From a bacterium (lineage in GTDB: Bacteria; Zhuqueibacterota; Zhuqueibacteria; Oceanimicrobiales; Oceanimicrobiaceae), in contig JBBIIG010000017.1 in NCBI GenBank assembly GCA_037446635.1, positions 18,150 through 32,734 on the forward strand: a stretch of DNA of 14,585 nucleotides. The letters are read 5' to 3'. The notes under the pieces were generated by a model. The model did no database searches. It was given only the letters and a program-made list of their open reading frames with translations, and was not told the DNA's origin. Both the position numbers and the translations under genes were made by a program. Below, piece by piece: positions 1 through 8,434 of this stretch; positions within the stretch are counted from its first letter, which is position 1; each line of letters opens with the position of its first letter.

Positions 1-1
1 G

Positions 2-415
2 GGCGTCGTAGTGGAAACCGTCCATGAATTTTTTGATCTGCTCGTGGATGATGGTGTGGTGGGTGATGTGATAGGTCCATTCTTCAAGTTGAGGTTTCGA
101 TGGCAGCTCGCCGTTGAGGATGAGATAGGCTACTTCGAGAAAGCTGCTTTTCTCTGCCAGCTCCTCGATATCGTAGCCGCGATAGCGCAAAATGCCGCGC
201 TCGCCGTCGATGAAGGTGATGGCGCTCTTGCACGACGCGGTGTTGGTGAAGCCGGGATCATAGGTCAGCATTCCGAAATCGTCGTCGGAAATTTTGATCT
301 GCCGCAAATCCGACGCTTTGATGGCCGCGCCGTAAGTTTTGTAGGTGCCGTACATGATCGGGAGTTCATATTTCTTGCCGGTGCGGTTGTCGATGATGGT
401 TAACGTATCTGCCAT
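2..415 (-). CDS. gltA: Citrate synthase, N-terminal part (runs off the window start)
   Basis: Manual translation from ATG 415: MADTLTIIDNRTGKKYELPI...TYDPGFTNTASCKSAITFIDGERGILRYRGYDIEELAEKSSFLEVAYLILNGELP, with the citrate synthase DPGF..TASC and G.LRYRGY.IE.LA motifs. SD AAGGAGG at 422-428. Absent from the ORF track because it has no stop in the window. Confidence 0.96.
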   Translation of the reverse strand, partial: MADTLTIIDNRTGKKYELPIMYGTYKTYGAAIKASDLRQIKISDDDFGMLTYDPGFTNTASCKSAITFIDGERGILRYRGYDIEELAEKSSFLEVAYLILNGELPSKPQLEEWTYHITHHTIIHEQIKKFMDGFHYDA

Positions 416-462
416 TCAAAACCTCCTTTATTGGAATGAAAAGATGTGGATTTTCTTTCTTG

Positions 463-491
463 AAGATACGAATGAAAAAGAAATGGCACAA
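463..491 (-). promoter_or_regulatory. Candidate sigma70-type promoter for gltA
   Basis: Minus strand TTGTGC (491-486), 17-nt spacer, TATCTT (468-463), about 50 nt upstream of the gltA ATG. Confidence 0.35.
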
Positions 492-560
492 GTCTCTGAG
501 ATGGATTTATGGCGTGATTGTTTCGCAGAGCGCATGGCGCACAGAGCAGAGCAAATTAGG

Positions 561-1208
561 CTACGCGATCTGCTTTCTCACAAAAATCTCTTCACACAGA
601 TGAGACTCCAACGCCAGCACGGTCTCATCGATTTTGATCACATAAGACGGCTGCTTTTGCTCCAATCGTACGACGTTTCCCGGCACCACGCCGTAAACGG
701 CGAGGCGGTCGAGGCTCTTGTTGCGGCCCTGGGCAATAAACACGATGCTGGCCTGCTCGCCAATTTCCATGTCTTTGAGGCGGCGCACCACCGGCTTCAC
801 TTCTTTGGTGAATTTGGCGCAGCACTCGCCGCGCGGAATGGCAATGCCGTGAGGACACACTGGCGGATGGCCTAAAAAAGTGCAGACGCTGTCCGTGACT
901 TCCGGACTCAAAATGTGCTCGAACGCGCACGCCGATTTGGTGATCTCTTTTTCGCTCACTTGAAACACATCGGAGAGCAGACGTTCTGCCAACAGATGCC
1001 GGCGAATGATCGACTCGGCTTTTTGGTGACCTTTGGGTAGAAGTTTGATGATGCCGTTATCCATTGAAATGAAGCCGTTGCGTTCCAGCATCTTGGCCGT
1101 GGCGCGATCGGCCAGCGGCGCCTGCGCCAACACCGTCTCCGCGTCGATGATGCATTTTTCGTGCATCAGCCAAATGGTTTTCAGTAAATGATCCGCGCGC
1201 TCACTCAT
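561..1208 (-). CDS. DtxR/MntR/IdeR-family metal-dependent regulator-like protein with C-terminal FeoA domain
   Basis: Metal-binding and dimerisation motifs RRHLLAERLL, ACAFEH and LGHPPVCPHGIAIP. C-terminal FeoA/SH3-like segment LKDMEIGEQASI..RLAVYGVVPG. Start overlaps the stop of the upstream Cys-rich ORF (ATGAGTGA). Confidence 0.88.
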   Translation of the reverse strand: MSERADHLLKTIWLMHEKCIIDAETVLAQAPLADRATAKMLERNGFISMDNGIIKLLPKGHQKAESIIRRHLLAERLLSDVFQVSEKEITKSACAFEHILSPEVTDSVCTFLGHPPVCPHGIAIPRGECCAKFTKEVKPVVRRLKDMEIGEQASIVFIAQGRNKSLDRLAVYGVVPGNVVRLEQKQPSYVIKIDETVLALESHLCEEIFVRKQIA

Positions 1209-1389
1209 TCACGATTTCCTTTTTGCCAAATATTTTTTTGATGAAATTCACTGTCGCCGATTGTGCCGGCCACTGGTAGCCGCAGCGGGGGCAGCAAATC
1301 AAATTACACTTCGCGCCCAGCGGACAACTGGCGCACAGCGTCTTCGCGCTTTCCTCGAAATTGTTACCACAAAGAGGACAGGTGATCAT
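1201..1389 (-). CDS. Small Cys-rich protein (possible FeoC-like Fe-S or Zn binder)
   Basis: 62 aa with CPLC, CASCPLGAKC and CCPRC (8 Cys). Lies between feoB and the DtxR-FeoA gene and overlaps the latter by 8 nt. Confidence 0.8.
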   Translation of the reverse strand: MITCPLCGNNFEESAKTLCASCPLGAKCNLICCPRCGYQWPAQSATVNFIKKIFGKKEIVNE

Positions 1390-1410
1390 AAATTATCTGT
1401 ATCTTTAGGT

Positions 1411-1440
1411 TTCATTCTCGCGTGCTTTTAGCGGGAATCC
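1411..1440. repeat. Short palindromic repeat unit of the TCATTCCCGC..GCGGGAATCC type
   Basis: ttcattctcgcgtgcttttagcgggaatcc. A related unit lies inside the MITE at 14381-14510 (gtcatggccgtaggcttttagcgggcatcc). Confidence 0.55.
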
Positions 1441-1445
1441 ATTCC

Positions 1446-1529
1446 CTCGTTCCCACGCTCTGCGTGGGAACGGAAGGCATACAGGATGCCACGACCGTCT
1501 CACGTTCCCACGCAGAGCGTGGGAACGAG
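1446..1529. repeat. REP-like inverted doublet
   Basis: Perfect 27-bp inverted repeat ctcgttcccacgctctgcgtgggaacg (1446-1472) / cgttcccacgcagagcgtgggaacgag (1503-1529). Each arm is itself a hairpin. Located just 3' of feoB. Confidence 0.85.
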
Positions 1530-1538
1530 AAAGCGGAG

Positions 1539-3527
1539 CTACAAAATCCAATTCAGTAGCCCGCCCACCAAAAACGCGAACGGCACGATAAACAACGAAA
1601 TCGCCAGACCCGTCTTCCAGCCGCGTTCTTTGATGATGACAAAGAAGTTCGCGATGCACGGCACGAACAGCGTGATGGTTACCAAACTGACGACAATCTG
1701 CTTCGGCGACAGCAGCCCCTTTTGCGCCAGATCGAACAAACCGGCGGCGCCGTAATCGCGGCGCAAAAAGCCGATGAGAAATGCCTGCGCCGCCTGTTCC
1801 GGCAAGCCGAGCAATCCGCTCACCAGCGGCGCGCTCCAATTTTCGAGGGCGGTCAGCGCGCCGGTTTTCGCCAAAACAAATAAAACAAACGTGCCCAGGA
1901 AAAACAGCGGCACCGCTTCTTTCAGATACCATTCGACGCGCGCCAATGTTTTTACCACGATATTGCCGAGACTCGGGCGCCGAATCGGCGGCAATTCCAA
2001 TAGAAAATCCGAAGTTTCCCCCGGCAAAACTTTCGACGCCAAATATCCAACGAGCATCAACACCCCGAGCACGCAGCCGGACCAGATCATCAGCGCGCTG
2101 AACGAGAGTCCGCCCAGCAATCCGAGGATCACCCCCAATTGTGCTGAGCACGGCACGCCTAACGCCAAAAGCAGCGTCACGATGATGCGCTCTTTGCGGG
2201 TTTCAAGAATACGGGTGGTGAGGGTGGCCATGGTATCGCAACCCAGTCCCAAAACCATCGGCAGCACGGCTTTGCCATTCAGTCCTAAAACTTTGAAAAA
2301 GCGATTGACGATCACCGCCAGCCGCGGCAAGTAACCGGTGTCTTCCAAAATGCCGAAGGCGAGAAAGAACGTCGCCACCACCGGCAGCACAATGGCGATG
2401 GCGTATGACAGCGCCATCGTGATCAGGCCGTATTCGCCCACCAATAATTCGTGCAGCAGCGACAACGGGGCGAGAAACGCGAACAGTTTTTCCGCGGCGG
2501 GGAGGATCCATTTGCCGAAAATAATTTCCTCAAAAAAATCCACCAGCGTGCCGGCGCCGAAGACGCCCACGAACTGGTACATTCCGTAGAGCACGGCCAT
2601 CAAAATTAGCGGCCCCCAAATCGCGTGCATGGTCAGCCGGCTCAAAAAATCGGACAGCTTGTGGTGCGCGCTCTTTTCAATTTTATATACCGCGCGATAG
2701 AGTTCCTCGGCTTTCTGCATGCGCCGTTGATTGATGACCACATTCACCGGCTCGATGATTTGCGCCTGCAGGTTGCGGCGGATGGTCTCAATTTTTTGCA
2801 GCGCTTGCTGCTCGAGATTTTCGATGAGCCAGTCGCGCAGGCTGTCGTCGCCGCAGAGAATCATCAGCGCCAGCGCCCGTTTTGCGGCCACGGATTCTGG
2901 CAAACAGCGGCTGATTTCCAAAATCGCATCTTCGATTTCCGGCGGGTAGGTGATCGTCAGCTTTGCCGCCAGATTATGATTACAAATTTCTTCCACCAGT
3001 TGATGCAGCCCGCGCTGGTTGATGGCCACCGTTTCCACCACCGCCACGCCCAACATTTCCGCTAATTTTTTGCGGTCCAAATGAACGCCGCGGCTGCGGG
3101 CTTCATCCATCATGTTCAAATTCAAAACAAAGGGGACGCCCATCTCTGCCAATTGCACCGAGAGAAACAACGCGCGCCGCAGGTTTTTTGCGTCCGCCAC
3201 TTGCACCACCAGCCGCGGCTTTTCGTTCAGTAAAATGTTTCGGGTCACCACTTCGTCTTCAGAAAACGGCAGCAGGCTGTTCACGCCCGGGGTGTCGATG
3301 ATTTCGTCGGCGCCGCCGTTGTATTTGGCTTTGCCTTTGGCGATTTCCACTGTGGTGCCCGGATAATTGGAAACCGTAACGTAGCGTCCGGTCAAGTAGC
3401 CGAAGATGACGCTTTTGCCAACGTTGGGGTTGCCAACCAAAATGACTTTTCTCCGCAATAGATCCTCTGCCTGCTTGGGCGCCGCGGATTCACTATTGCG
3501 AAGCGTTAAGATTTTTGAATGATTCAT
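1539..3527 (-). CDS. feoB: Ferrous iron transporter FeoB
   Basis: G1 GNPNVGKS, G2 NYPGTTVE, G3 DTPG, G4 NMMD. Gate and TM motifs LEDTGYLPR, GLGC, VPCSAQL, LELPP and LFVPCIA. ATG 3527 preferred over 3629 because it avoids a 71-nt overlap with the upstream gene. Confidence 0.96.
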   Translation of the reverse strand: MNHSKILTLRNSESAAPKQAEDLLRRKVILVGNPNVGKSVIFGYLTGRYVTVSNYPGTTVEIAKGKAKYNGGADEIIDTPGVNSLLPFSEDEVVTRNILLNEKPRLVVQVADAKNLRRALFLSVQLAEMGVPFVLNLNMMDEARSRGVHLDRKKLAEMLGVAVVETVAINQRGLHQLVEEICNHNLAAKLTITYPPEIEDAILEISRCLPESVAAKRALALMILCGDDSLRDWLIENLEQQALQKIETIRRNLQAQIIEPVNVVINQRRMQKAEELYRAVYKIEKSAHHKLSDFLSRLTMHAIWGPLILMAVLYGMYQFVGVFGAGTLVDFFEEIIFGKWILPAAEKLFAFLAPLSLLHELLVGEYGLITMALSYAIAIVLPVVATFFLAFGILEDTGYLPRLAVIVNRFFKVLGLNGKAVLPMVLGLGCDTMATLTTRILETRKERIIVTLLLALGVPCSAQLGVILGLLGGLSFSALMIWSGCVLGVLMLVGYLASKVLPGETSDFLLELPPIRRPSLGNIVVKTLARVEWYLKEAVPLFFLGTFVLFVLAKTGALTALENWSAPLVSGLLGLPEQAAQAFLIGFLRRDYGAAGLFDLAQKGLLSPKQIVVSLVTITLFVPCIANFFVIIKERGWKTGLAISLFIVPFAFLVGGLLNWIL

Positions 3528-3558
3528 CTCTGGTTTAAATGACTGCCCGCTGAGAGCC

Positions 3559-4281
3559 TCAGCAGGCGGGCCAATCCTCGAATTGGGGAAATTTTTGTTT
3601 GAGCGCTTGAATGACAATATTTTCGGCATCGCAAAGAGAAAGTGTACCCAAATTCAGGATTAAGTCGTAGCTTGAAATCTCCTCGGCATCGTGATGAAAG
3701 AAGCGATGCAGAAACGCCAGCCGTTCTTTGTCCGTCAAATGCACTCGCGCAAACGCCTCCTTCTCGCTGAGTTCGAATTTTTTCATAAGAGTTTCAATGC
3801 GATGCTGCAAAGACGCCGTGACCTTCAACCGCAGCGCGCGGTGACAGGGCAGAATGAAATTGGCGCCGCGGCCGAGGATGATGGCGCGCCCCTGTTCGCC
3901 GATGGTGGTGATGGCGGTCACCAGGTGCTTGAAATATTTGTCGCTGCCCAGCGCGTGGCGATCGAGCAGCGTGAACACCCAGTTGTGAATTTCGTTTTGA
4001 GTTTTTTCGTCGAACATCTCCACCATGTTTTGGCGCACGTGCGCGTTTTGCGCGATGTACTCCACCAACTCGCGGTCGTAAATTTTCCAGCCCAACCGCT
4101 GCGACAACGCTTGCGCAAATTCCTCTCCCTGACTTCCCATTTCTTTTGAGATTGTAATGCTGGGGACCACCCCTTCCCGGCGGTTAGTCTTGCCCCTGTC
4201 GTATGTTCTCTCCCATAATTTGAACTGCCGGGTGATGAGCTGCTCCATTGGGATTTTGTTGTGCAATTTCAATGGCTTCAC
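3559..4281 (-). CDS. Cytidylate kinase-like family protein (Cytidylate_kin2-type)
   Basis: ITISKEMGSQG, LGWKIYDRELV, IILGRGANFIL, DKER..F and YDLILN are typical of this family. Start may be GTG 4281 or an ATG ten codons later. Confidence 0.85.
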   Translation of the reverse strand: MKPLKLHNKIPMEQLITRQFKLWERTYDRGKTNRREGVVPSITISKEMGSQGEEFAQALSQRLGWKIYDRELVEYIAQNAHVRQNMVEMFDEKTQNEIHNWVFTLLDRHALGSDKYFKHLVTAITTIGEQGRAIILGRGANFILPCHRALRLKVTASLQHRIETLMKKFELSEKEAFARVHLTDKERLAFLHRFFHHDAEEISSYDLILNLGTLSLCDAENIVIQALKQKFPQFEDWPAC

Positions 4282-4322
4282 CCCCTTCCGAAAGAAGATT
4301 TTGGAAGTCCTGATTGTTCAAG

Positions 4323-4337
4323 ACAAAGGCCGTACCA
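4323..4337 (-). promoter_or_regulatory. Candidate sigma54 (-24/-12) promoter for the kinase-like/feoB operon
   Basis: Minus strand TGGTAC-GGCCT-TTGT versus consensus TGGCAC-N5-TTGC, about 40 nt upstream of the start codon. Confidence 0.45.
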
Positions 4338-4535
4338 ATTTATTCAAGGGGCGGGTGGAGTGGCTTTTAACATTTTAATATATTAGAGATAGCGGTGCTC
4401 ACTACGGTGAGCCGGCCATGGCAATTTTATTAACATTGAGAAAAAGAGGCTGCGGATTTCCCAAAAATACAAAAGTAAACCAGAGGGCAATTCCGGCCAG
4501 GGAGTTCTTAAACCGGGGCACGTAACTTCAGTTTT

Positions 4536-4649
4536 GGGCAGCCCAAAAGTCAATTTTCCTAAGTGTCATGCCCGCATCCACGAAATCATGAGCTTATGAC
4601 TCCCGCAAAAGACACAAAGGAGTGGCAGATTGGCTGTTTGGAACGTCCC
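4536..4649. mobile_element. Degenerate copy of the MITE at 14381-14510
   Basis: Colinear blocks gggcagcccaaaagtcaatttt / tgtcatgcccgcatcc / gactcccgc / ggagtggcagattggctgtttgga match the intact copy, with decayed ends. Confidence 0.65.
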
Positions 4650-4697
4650 GCTGCCTTTTGGATTATCGTGGTAACATGAAGCTCTGGATCCGAGGAT

Positions 4698-5138
4698 TTA
4701 CAGCCGATACACCACGTCTGCCAGCGTTTCGTAATTATCATGAGCCGCCGTAAACGACTCGAAAATCTCGGCATCGGTTCCCGACTGGCAGCAGTCGTGA
4801 AAGCTGCGAGTTTTCTCCAGCAGGGTGTTGGTCAGCCCGGTGATGTGCTCTTTCTGTGCCGCGAATTTTTCCGGGATCTCCGCCGCAGCTACTTTCTCTG
4901 CGCTCTGGAGTAAAGCTGCGGCGTTGGCTTTAAACGCTGCCACGTCCTGATTGGGCAGCGCCTGATGCATGAGCGGCCGCAGCACGCGGTGGTAGTCGTC
5001 CATCGCTTGCAGCAGATTTTCGGTTGCGGTCGATGTCTGTTTGGTTTCGGATTGCTTTTGGCAGGCGACTACCAATGCCACCGTTAAAGCCGATGACAAG
5101 AGAAAACCTTTTTTGTACCTAGTTCATCCTCTGTTCAT
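4698..5138 (-). CDS. Small His-containing helical lipoprotein with a disrupted 5' end (possible pseudogene or sequencing error)
   Basis: Lipobox VVAC preceded by a hydrophobic stretch and, upstream of TTG 5099, a basic n-region (RYKKG). In-frame ATG 5138 is followed by TGA at codon 5 (5126-5124). Mature part looks all-helical, with DDYHRVLRPLMH, FHDCC and AAHDNYE. Confidence 0.7.
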
Positions 5139-5140
5139 AA

Positions 5141-7474
5141 TTAAAATTCCGCCCTAACTCCAAAACTAAAGACCCTGCCACTAAGATAATGTTTGATCAA
5201 CCGGTCAAAGGCCAGTTCATAGCCAAGTACATTTCTTACATCATAGAGATTTAAGATTTCTTCTCTTAAGGAAATGCGCGTATGTTCTCCGATTTTAAAT
5301 TCCTGATTAAAGCCGAGGTCAACTCTATAGTAGAATGGTAACCTCCTGCTGTTCCGTTTCCCATCTATTAATACATAGGCGCCGACATCGTTATCCCAAA
5401 CCCACTTGCTGGGCGTATAGGGATAGCCAGTTCCGAACAGAAGCCGTACGAACAGCTTTGACCATGGCAGCCGTTGCATTTTATCCTCATTGTAGATCGC
5501 TAACTGATGACGCCTATCGGTGGCTCTGGGCACGTATCCAGTTCGATCGTTCACTAAATCCTCGCGCGCCACAAGGTAACTGTAGCTTATCCAATTCTCA
5601 GTTGTAGGGATGATATTCCCGTGTGCATGCATATCCAGGCCATAGGCATAGCCATGAGAGTCGTTTTCACCGGAATACTTTATTTGAACATCTTGTAAAT
5701 TATAAGACACCAGATCACTATATTTCTTGTAATAGGCTTCCACTTTAAGCGAAATATCATTTTCCAGTAAACGCTCGAGTCCGAGAGTAAATTGACTTGC
5801 TTTCTGCGCTATCAGTCCCGAGTCGTTGCCCTGTCGAAATTGGAACTCTTTGTAAATTGGGGGCTGGGCGTAAGAGCCGGCGGCGAAGGTCAGCAAAGTA
5901 GAGTTTGAAACGCGATACGCAAGATTGGCTCGCGGCAATAGCAACTGCTGGTTGTTGAGAGTTGATTCGGTCCACCGCAACCCAAGCTGGATGCCGAGCT
6001 TTTTTGAGATTTGCAGATTTGATTGAATGAAACGGCCAATGAGGAAACCATTCCGCTTGGTCAGTTCTCGATGATAGTTCTCTTTAAGGTCCAGATAAAT
6101 CTCTCCTACATCTGACACCTGTTTCCATTTTGAAAGTAAAGAATCCTGTGTTGTAAAGTATTTCAACTCCAGGCCAGCATTAACGAGCATAAAGCGTGAA
6201 ACCAACCACTGCAAATTTATTCGCGAGCTGTAAAAGTCGCCGTCTAAAAATGTGTTTACCTCCTGATCGCGGCCGGCATATTCGCCAGTCTCAGATTTTC
6301 CTAAATCGACTGACAACTTTGTGCTTTCTCTTTCCTCCTGTTGGAAGTAGGAATTGATCCACTTTAGAGAAAGGTCACTTGTGAGTTGACCATCAATTGA
6401 TAAGCTCAACACTGTAGTGTTGTAATCAAACTTTTCCCTACCCCGAAAATAAAACTGGTAGCTTTCACCGGAGATATATGAAAGGGTCGATTCGCCTCCG
6501 GAAGCGCTGAATTGGCTTGATGCCTTCAGGGCAAATGCGGTAACATCAAAAGCATGGTGCGGCCGAAAATGAAAAAGCCCCTGAAAGTCAGTAAAAAGTG
6601 GGCTATAATCACTATCCACTTGCAGGGATTGAAATAAGTAGCCATAACTTATTCTTCGCAACGCAATCTGCGCCCAGCTGTTTTTTCCTGGCCGAAGCCC
6701 GAATGCGCTGTTGATCCCAATGGGGCTGGCTTCCCCTTCGGCAAAAATCTTCTGTTCGAACTCTTGCCGGTATCGTATATCCAGCACTGAAGAGAGCTTG
6801 TCGCCGTAAGAAACCGGAAAAACACCCGTTCGAAGATTAATGGCTTCCAACAAAGTTGGATTAATGAGTGATGGGTTTTCGGCAATACCTTTTCGAACAA
6901 GCTGAGGTTGGTAAATCTCTACGCCGTTGATATAAATCAAATTCTCATCGAAATTGCCGCCGCGCACATTGTAGAGCGAGCTTTGATCGTTTGGCGAGGA
7001 TACACCTGGTAAAGTTTGTAAATTGAGCAAAACATCTGGGAGCGGTGAAGGAATATGGCGCAGAGGCCGCGACCCAATCACATACTCGGAAACGGCTTTT
7101 TCCCCTCGTTCGTCGGTGACGGTAACCTCGGGCAGTGATAAAGCCATGAGTTCGAGATCGAAATTAAGAACCATGGTTACGCCATCAGGTGGAACAATGA
7201 TCTGTTGCCGCGATTCTTTGTAACCGATGTGGGAGATAATCAGATCATAGCTACCTGCTGGCAATCGCAATTCATATCTTCCTAAGGAATCTGAGGCCGT
7301 GCCTAAATTGCTATTGCGCACAGTAATGTTGACACTTTCGAGTGGCAAACCCGTGTTTTTGTCTTTGATATGACCGGTCAAAGTAGAAATCTCTTTTATA
7401 TTAGTTGCAGATGTAGAAGCGAAACACGGAATGATTATCACACAAAAAAGTAATTGAAGAATTTGTCTCTTCAT
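5141..7474 (-). CDS. TonB-dependent receptor with N-terminal carboxypeptidase-regulatory-like domain
   Basis: Signal peptide MKRQILQLLFCVIII. CarboxypepD_reg-like segment TLTGHIKDKNTGLPLESVNI..GTASDSLGRYEL..SHIGY. Plug motifs LPGVSS, YNVRGG..DENLIYINGVEI and YGDKLSSVLDI. C-terminal GRVFSFGVRAEF ending in Phe. Alternative start 7513. Confidence 0.92.
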   Translation of the reverse strand: MKRQILQLLFCVIIIPCFASTSATNIKEISTLTGHIKDKNTGLPLESVNITVRNSNLGTASDSLGRYELRLPAGSYDLIISHIGYKESRQQIIVPPDGVTMVLNFDLELMALSLPEVTVTDERGEKAVSEYVIGSRPLRHIPSPLPDVLLNLQTLPGVSSPNDQSSLYNVRGGNFDENLIYINGVEIYQPQLVRKGIAENPSLINPTLLEAINLRTGVFPVSYGDKLSSVLDIRYRQEFEQKIFAEGEASPIGINSAFGLRPGKNSWAQIALRRISYGYLFQSLQVDSDYSPLFTDFQGLFHFRPHHAFDVTAFALKASSQFSASGGESTLSYISGESYQFYFRGREKFDYNTTVLSLSIDGQLTSDLSLKWINSYFQQEERESTKLSVDLGKSETGEYAGRDQEVNTFLDGDFYSSRINLQWLVSRFMLVNAGLELKYFTTQDSLLSKWKQVSDVGEIYLDLKENYHRELTKRNGFLIGRFIQSNLQISKKLGIQLGLRWTESTLNNQQLLLPRANLAYRVSNSTLLTFAAGSYAQPPIYKEFQFRQGNDSGLIAQKASQFTLGLERLLENDISLKVEAYYKKYSDLVSYNLQDVQIKYSGENDSHGYAYGLDMHAHGNIIPTTENWISYSYLVAREDLVNDRTGYVPRATDRRHQLAIYNEDKMQRLPWSKLFVRLLFGTGYPYTPSKWVWDNDVGAYVLIDGKRNSRRLPFYYRVDLGFNQEFKIGEHTRISLREEILNLYDVRNVLGYELAFDRLIKHYLSGRVFSFGVRAEF

Positions 7475-7544
7475 CAGTATCTTCACACCAAAGTATTTTA
7501 AGATTAATTCCATTTGGCCCTTAAGAACACACGCAGTGAGATTT

Positions 7545-7579
7545 ACCCATCGCCCTTAAGTAAATTAAGGACGATGGGT
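7545..7579. terminator. Intergenic hairpin between the lipoprotein and the receptor (weak terminator or mRNA stabiliser)
   Basis: Stem acccatcg-c-ccttaa / ttaagg-a-cgatgggt with a 5-nt loop and no long U tract on the minus strand. Confidence 0.55.
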
Positions 7580-7591
7580 GTAATATCGTCC

Positions 7592-8335
7592 CTATTGCAA
7601 GGTAACTAATCGAGTCCTATGTTCTGTTCCCTTTAGAAAGGTAACATACAGGTCGATATAATAGCCTCCATAAGCAACAGGGGGTATTTGATTAATTGAG
7701 AGAACTGGAGTTGTAAGAGGACCAACAACCTTCTGACCAATGCTGTTGTAAACGTTCCACTGGTAAGAGTAAGGTCCCCAACCACTGTATTCATTAACAT
7801 GCCACTCTTGGTTGTTACGCGGAACTGCCGAGCTTGGCCCTTTTATTCGCGCATCATAAATCTTAACGTACCAGGTATCCTCCGAAAGTCGTCCATAACC
7901 AGGCGCGGTGTATTCTGCAATAACATACCAATAGAATGTTCCCTGTGCAATCCCTTGGTCAATTGTTATTTGGGTTTCCATCCTGTCATAGGGATCAGTA
8001 TATCTGTGATACTCCTGGCCATTACCAGTGATAGTCACATTATACCTATAGAAGATGTACGGTGGTAGAGGCCCGTCAAACTTGGTCCACTTGAATTTAT
8101 TACCGAGTTCAAACCAGGCGTTGTTAGCTGGAGACACGAGGAAAAATCGGTAGTCTTCTCCCGCATCAAGCTGATACGAATGCGCTTTGGCTTTAGGATT
8201 TTGAGCTTGAGTTTCCTGATCTTCATTAACAGGGGAAAGAGGCTGTTTGCTTTCATTACATGCAGTGAACAATAAGACCAATAATACCAGAACTCCAAAA
8301 ATGGATATGGATGCGATTAATTTATTGAGTGACAT
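7592..8335 (-). CDS. Lipoprotein with probable Ig-like (FN3/PKD-type) beta-sandwich domains
   Basis: SD AAGGAGG (8350-8344) before ATG 8335. Signal peptide with lipobox FTAC (Cys26). Aromatic-rich beta patterns LVSPANNAW..FKW..GTFYWYVIA and IKGPSS..GPYSYQW. Confidence 0.82.
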   Translation of the reverse strand: MSLNKLIASISIFGVLVLLVLLFTACNESKQPLSPVNEDQETQAQNPKAKAHSYQLDAGEDYRFFLVSPANNAWFELGNKFKWTKFDGPLPPYIFYRYNVTITGNGQEYHRYTDPYDRMETQITIDQGIAQGTFYWYVIAEYTAPGYGRLSEDTWYVKIYDARIKGPSSAVPRNNQEWHVNEYSGWGPYSYQWNVYNSIGQKVVGPLTTPVLSINQIPPVAYGGYYIDLYVTFLKGTEHRTRLVTLQ

Positions 8336-8404
8336 TTTGTTATCCTCCTTTTTGAATTTGCTTTTCACTGAACTGCTTCCGCTTTCTCGCCACTGCGTTG
8401 TAGC

Positions 8405-8434
8405 TTAAGGAGGATGATCCCACTTAAAATACAT
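8405..8434 (-). CDS. Candidate leader peptide MYFKWDHPP
   Basis: GGAGG (8446-8442), 7-nt spacer, then ATG TAT TTT AAG TGG GAT CAT CCT CCT TAA. The last codons carry the anti-SD atcctcctt. Confidence 0.4.
   Translation of the reverse strand: MYFKWDHPP

Noticed and set aside
11..875. Plus-strand ORFs 11-403 and 345-875
   Set aside because: Antisense shadows of gltA and the DtxR-FeoA gene, with no recognisable motifs.
1405..3366. Alternative-frame and antisense ORFs over feoB (e.g. 1405-2151, 1774-2334)
   Set aside because: Overlap a strongly supported gene and are expected in GC-rich coding DNA.
4370..4560. Search for a DtxR/IdeR or Fur operator upstream of the feo operon
   Set aside because: Only short AT-rich palindromes such as taatatatta were found, with no convincing 19-bp box.
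5124..5138. In-frame TGA as selenocysteine or an alternative genetic code
   Set aside because: It falls in a signal-peptide n-region, no SECIS-like hairpin was recognised, and TGA is a normal stop in neighbouring genes.
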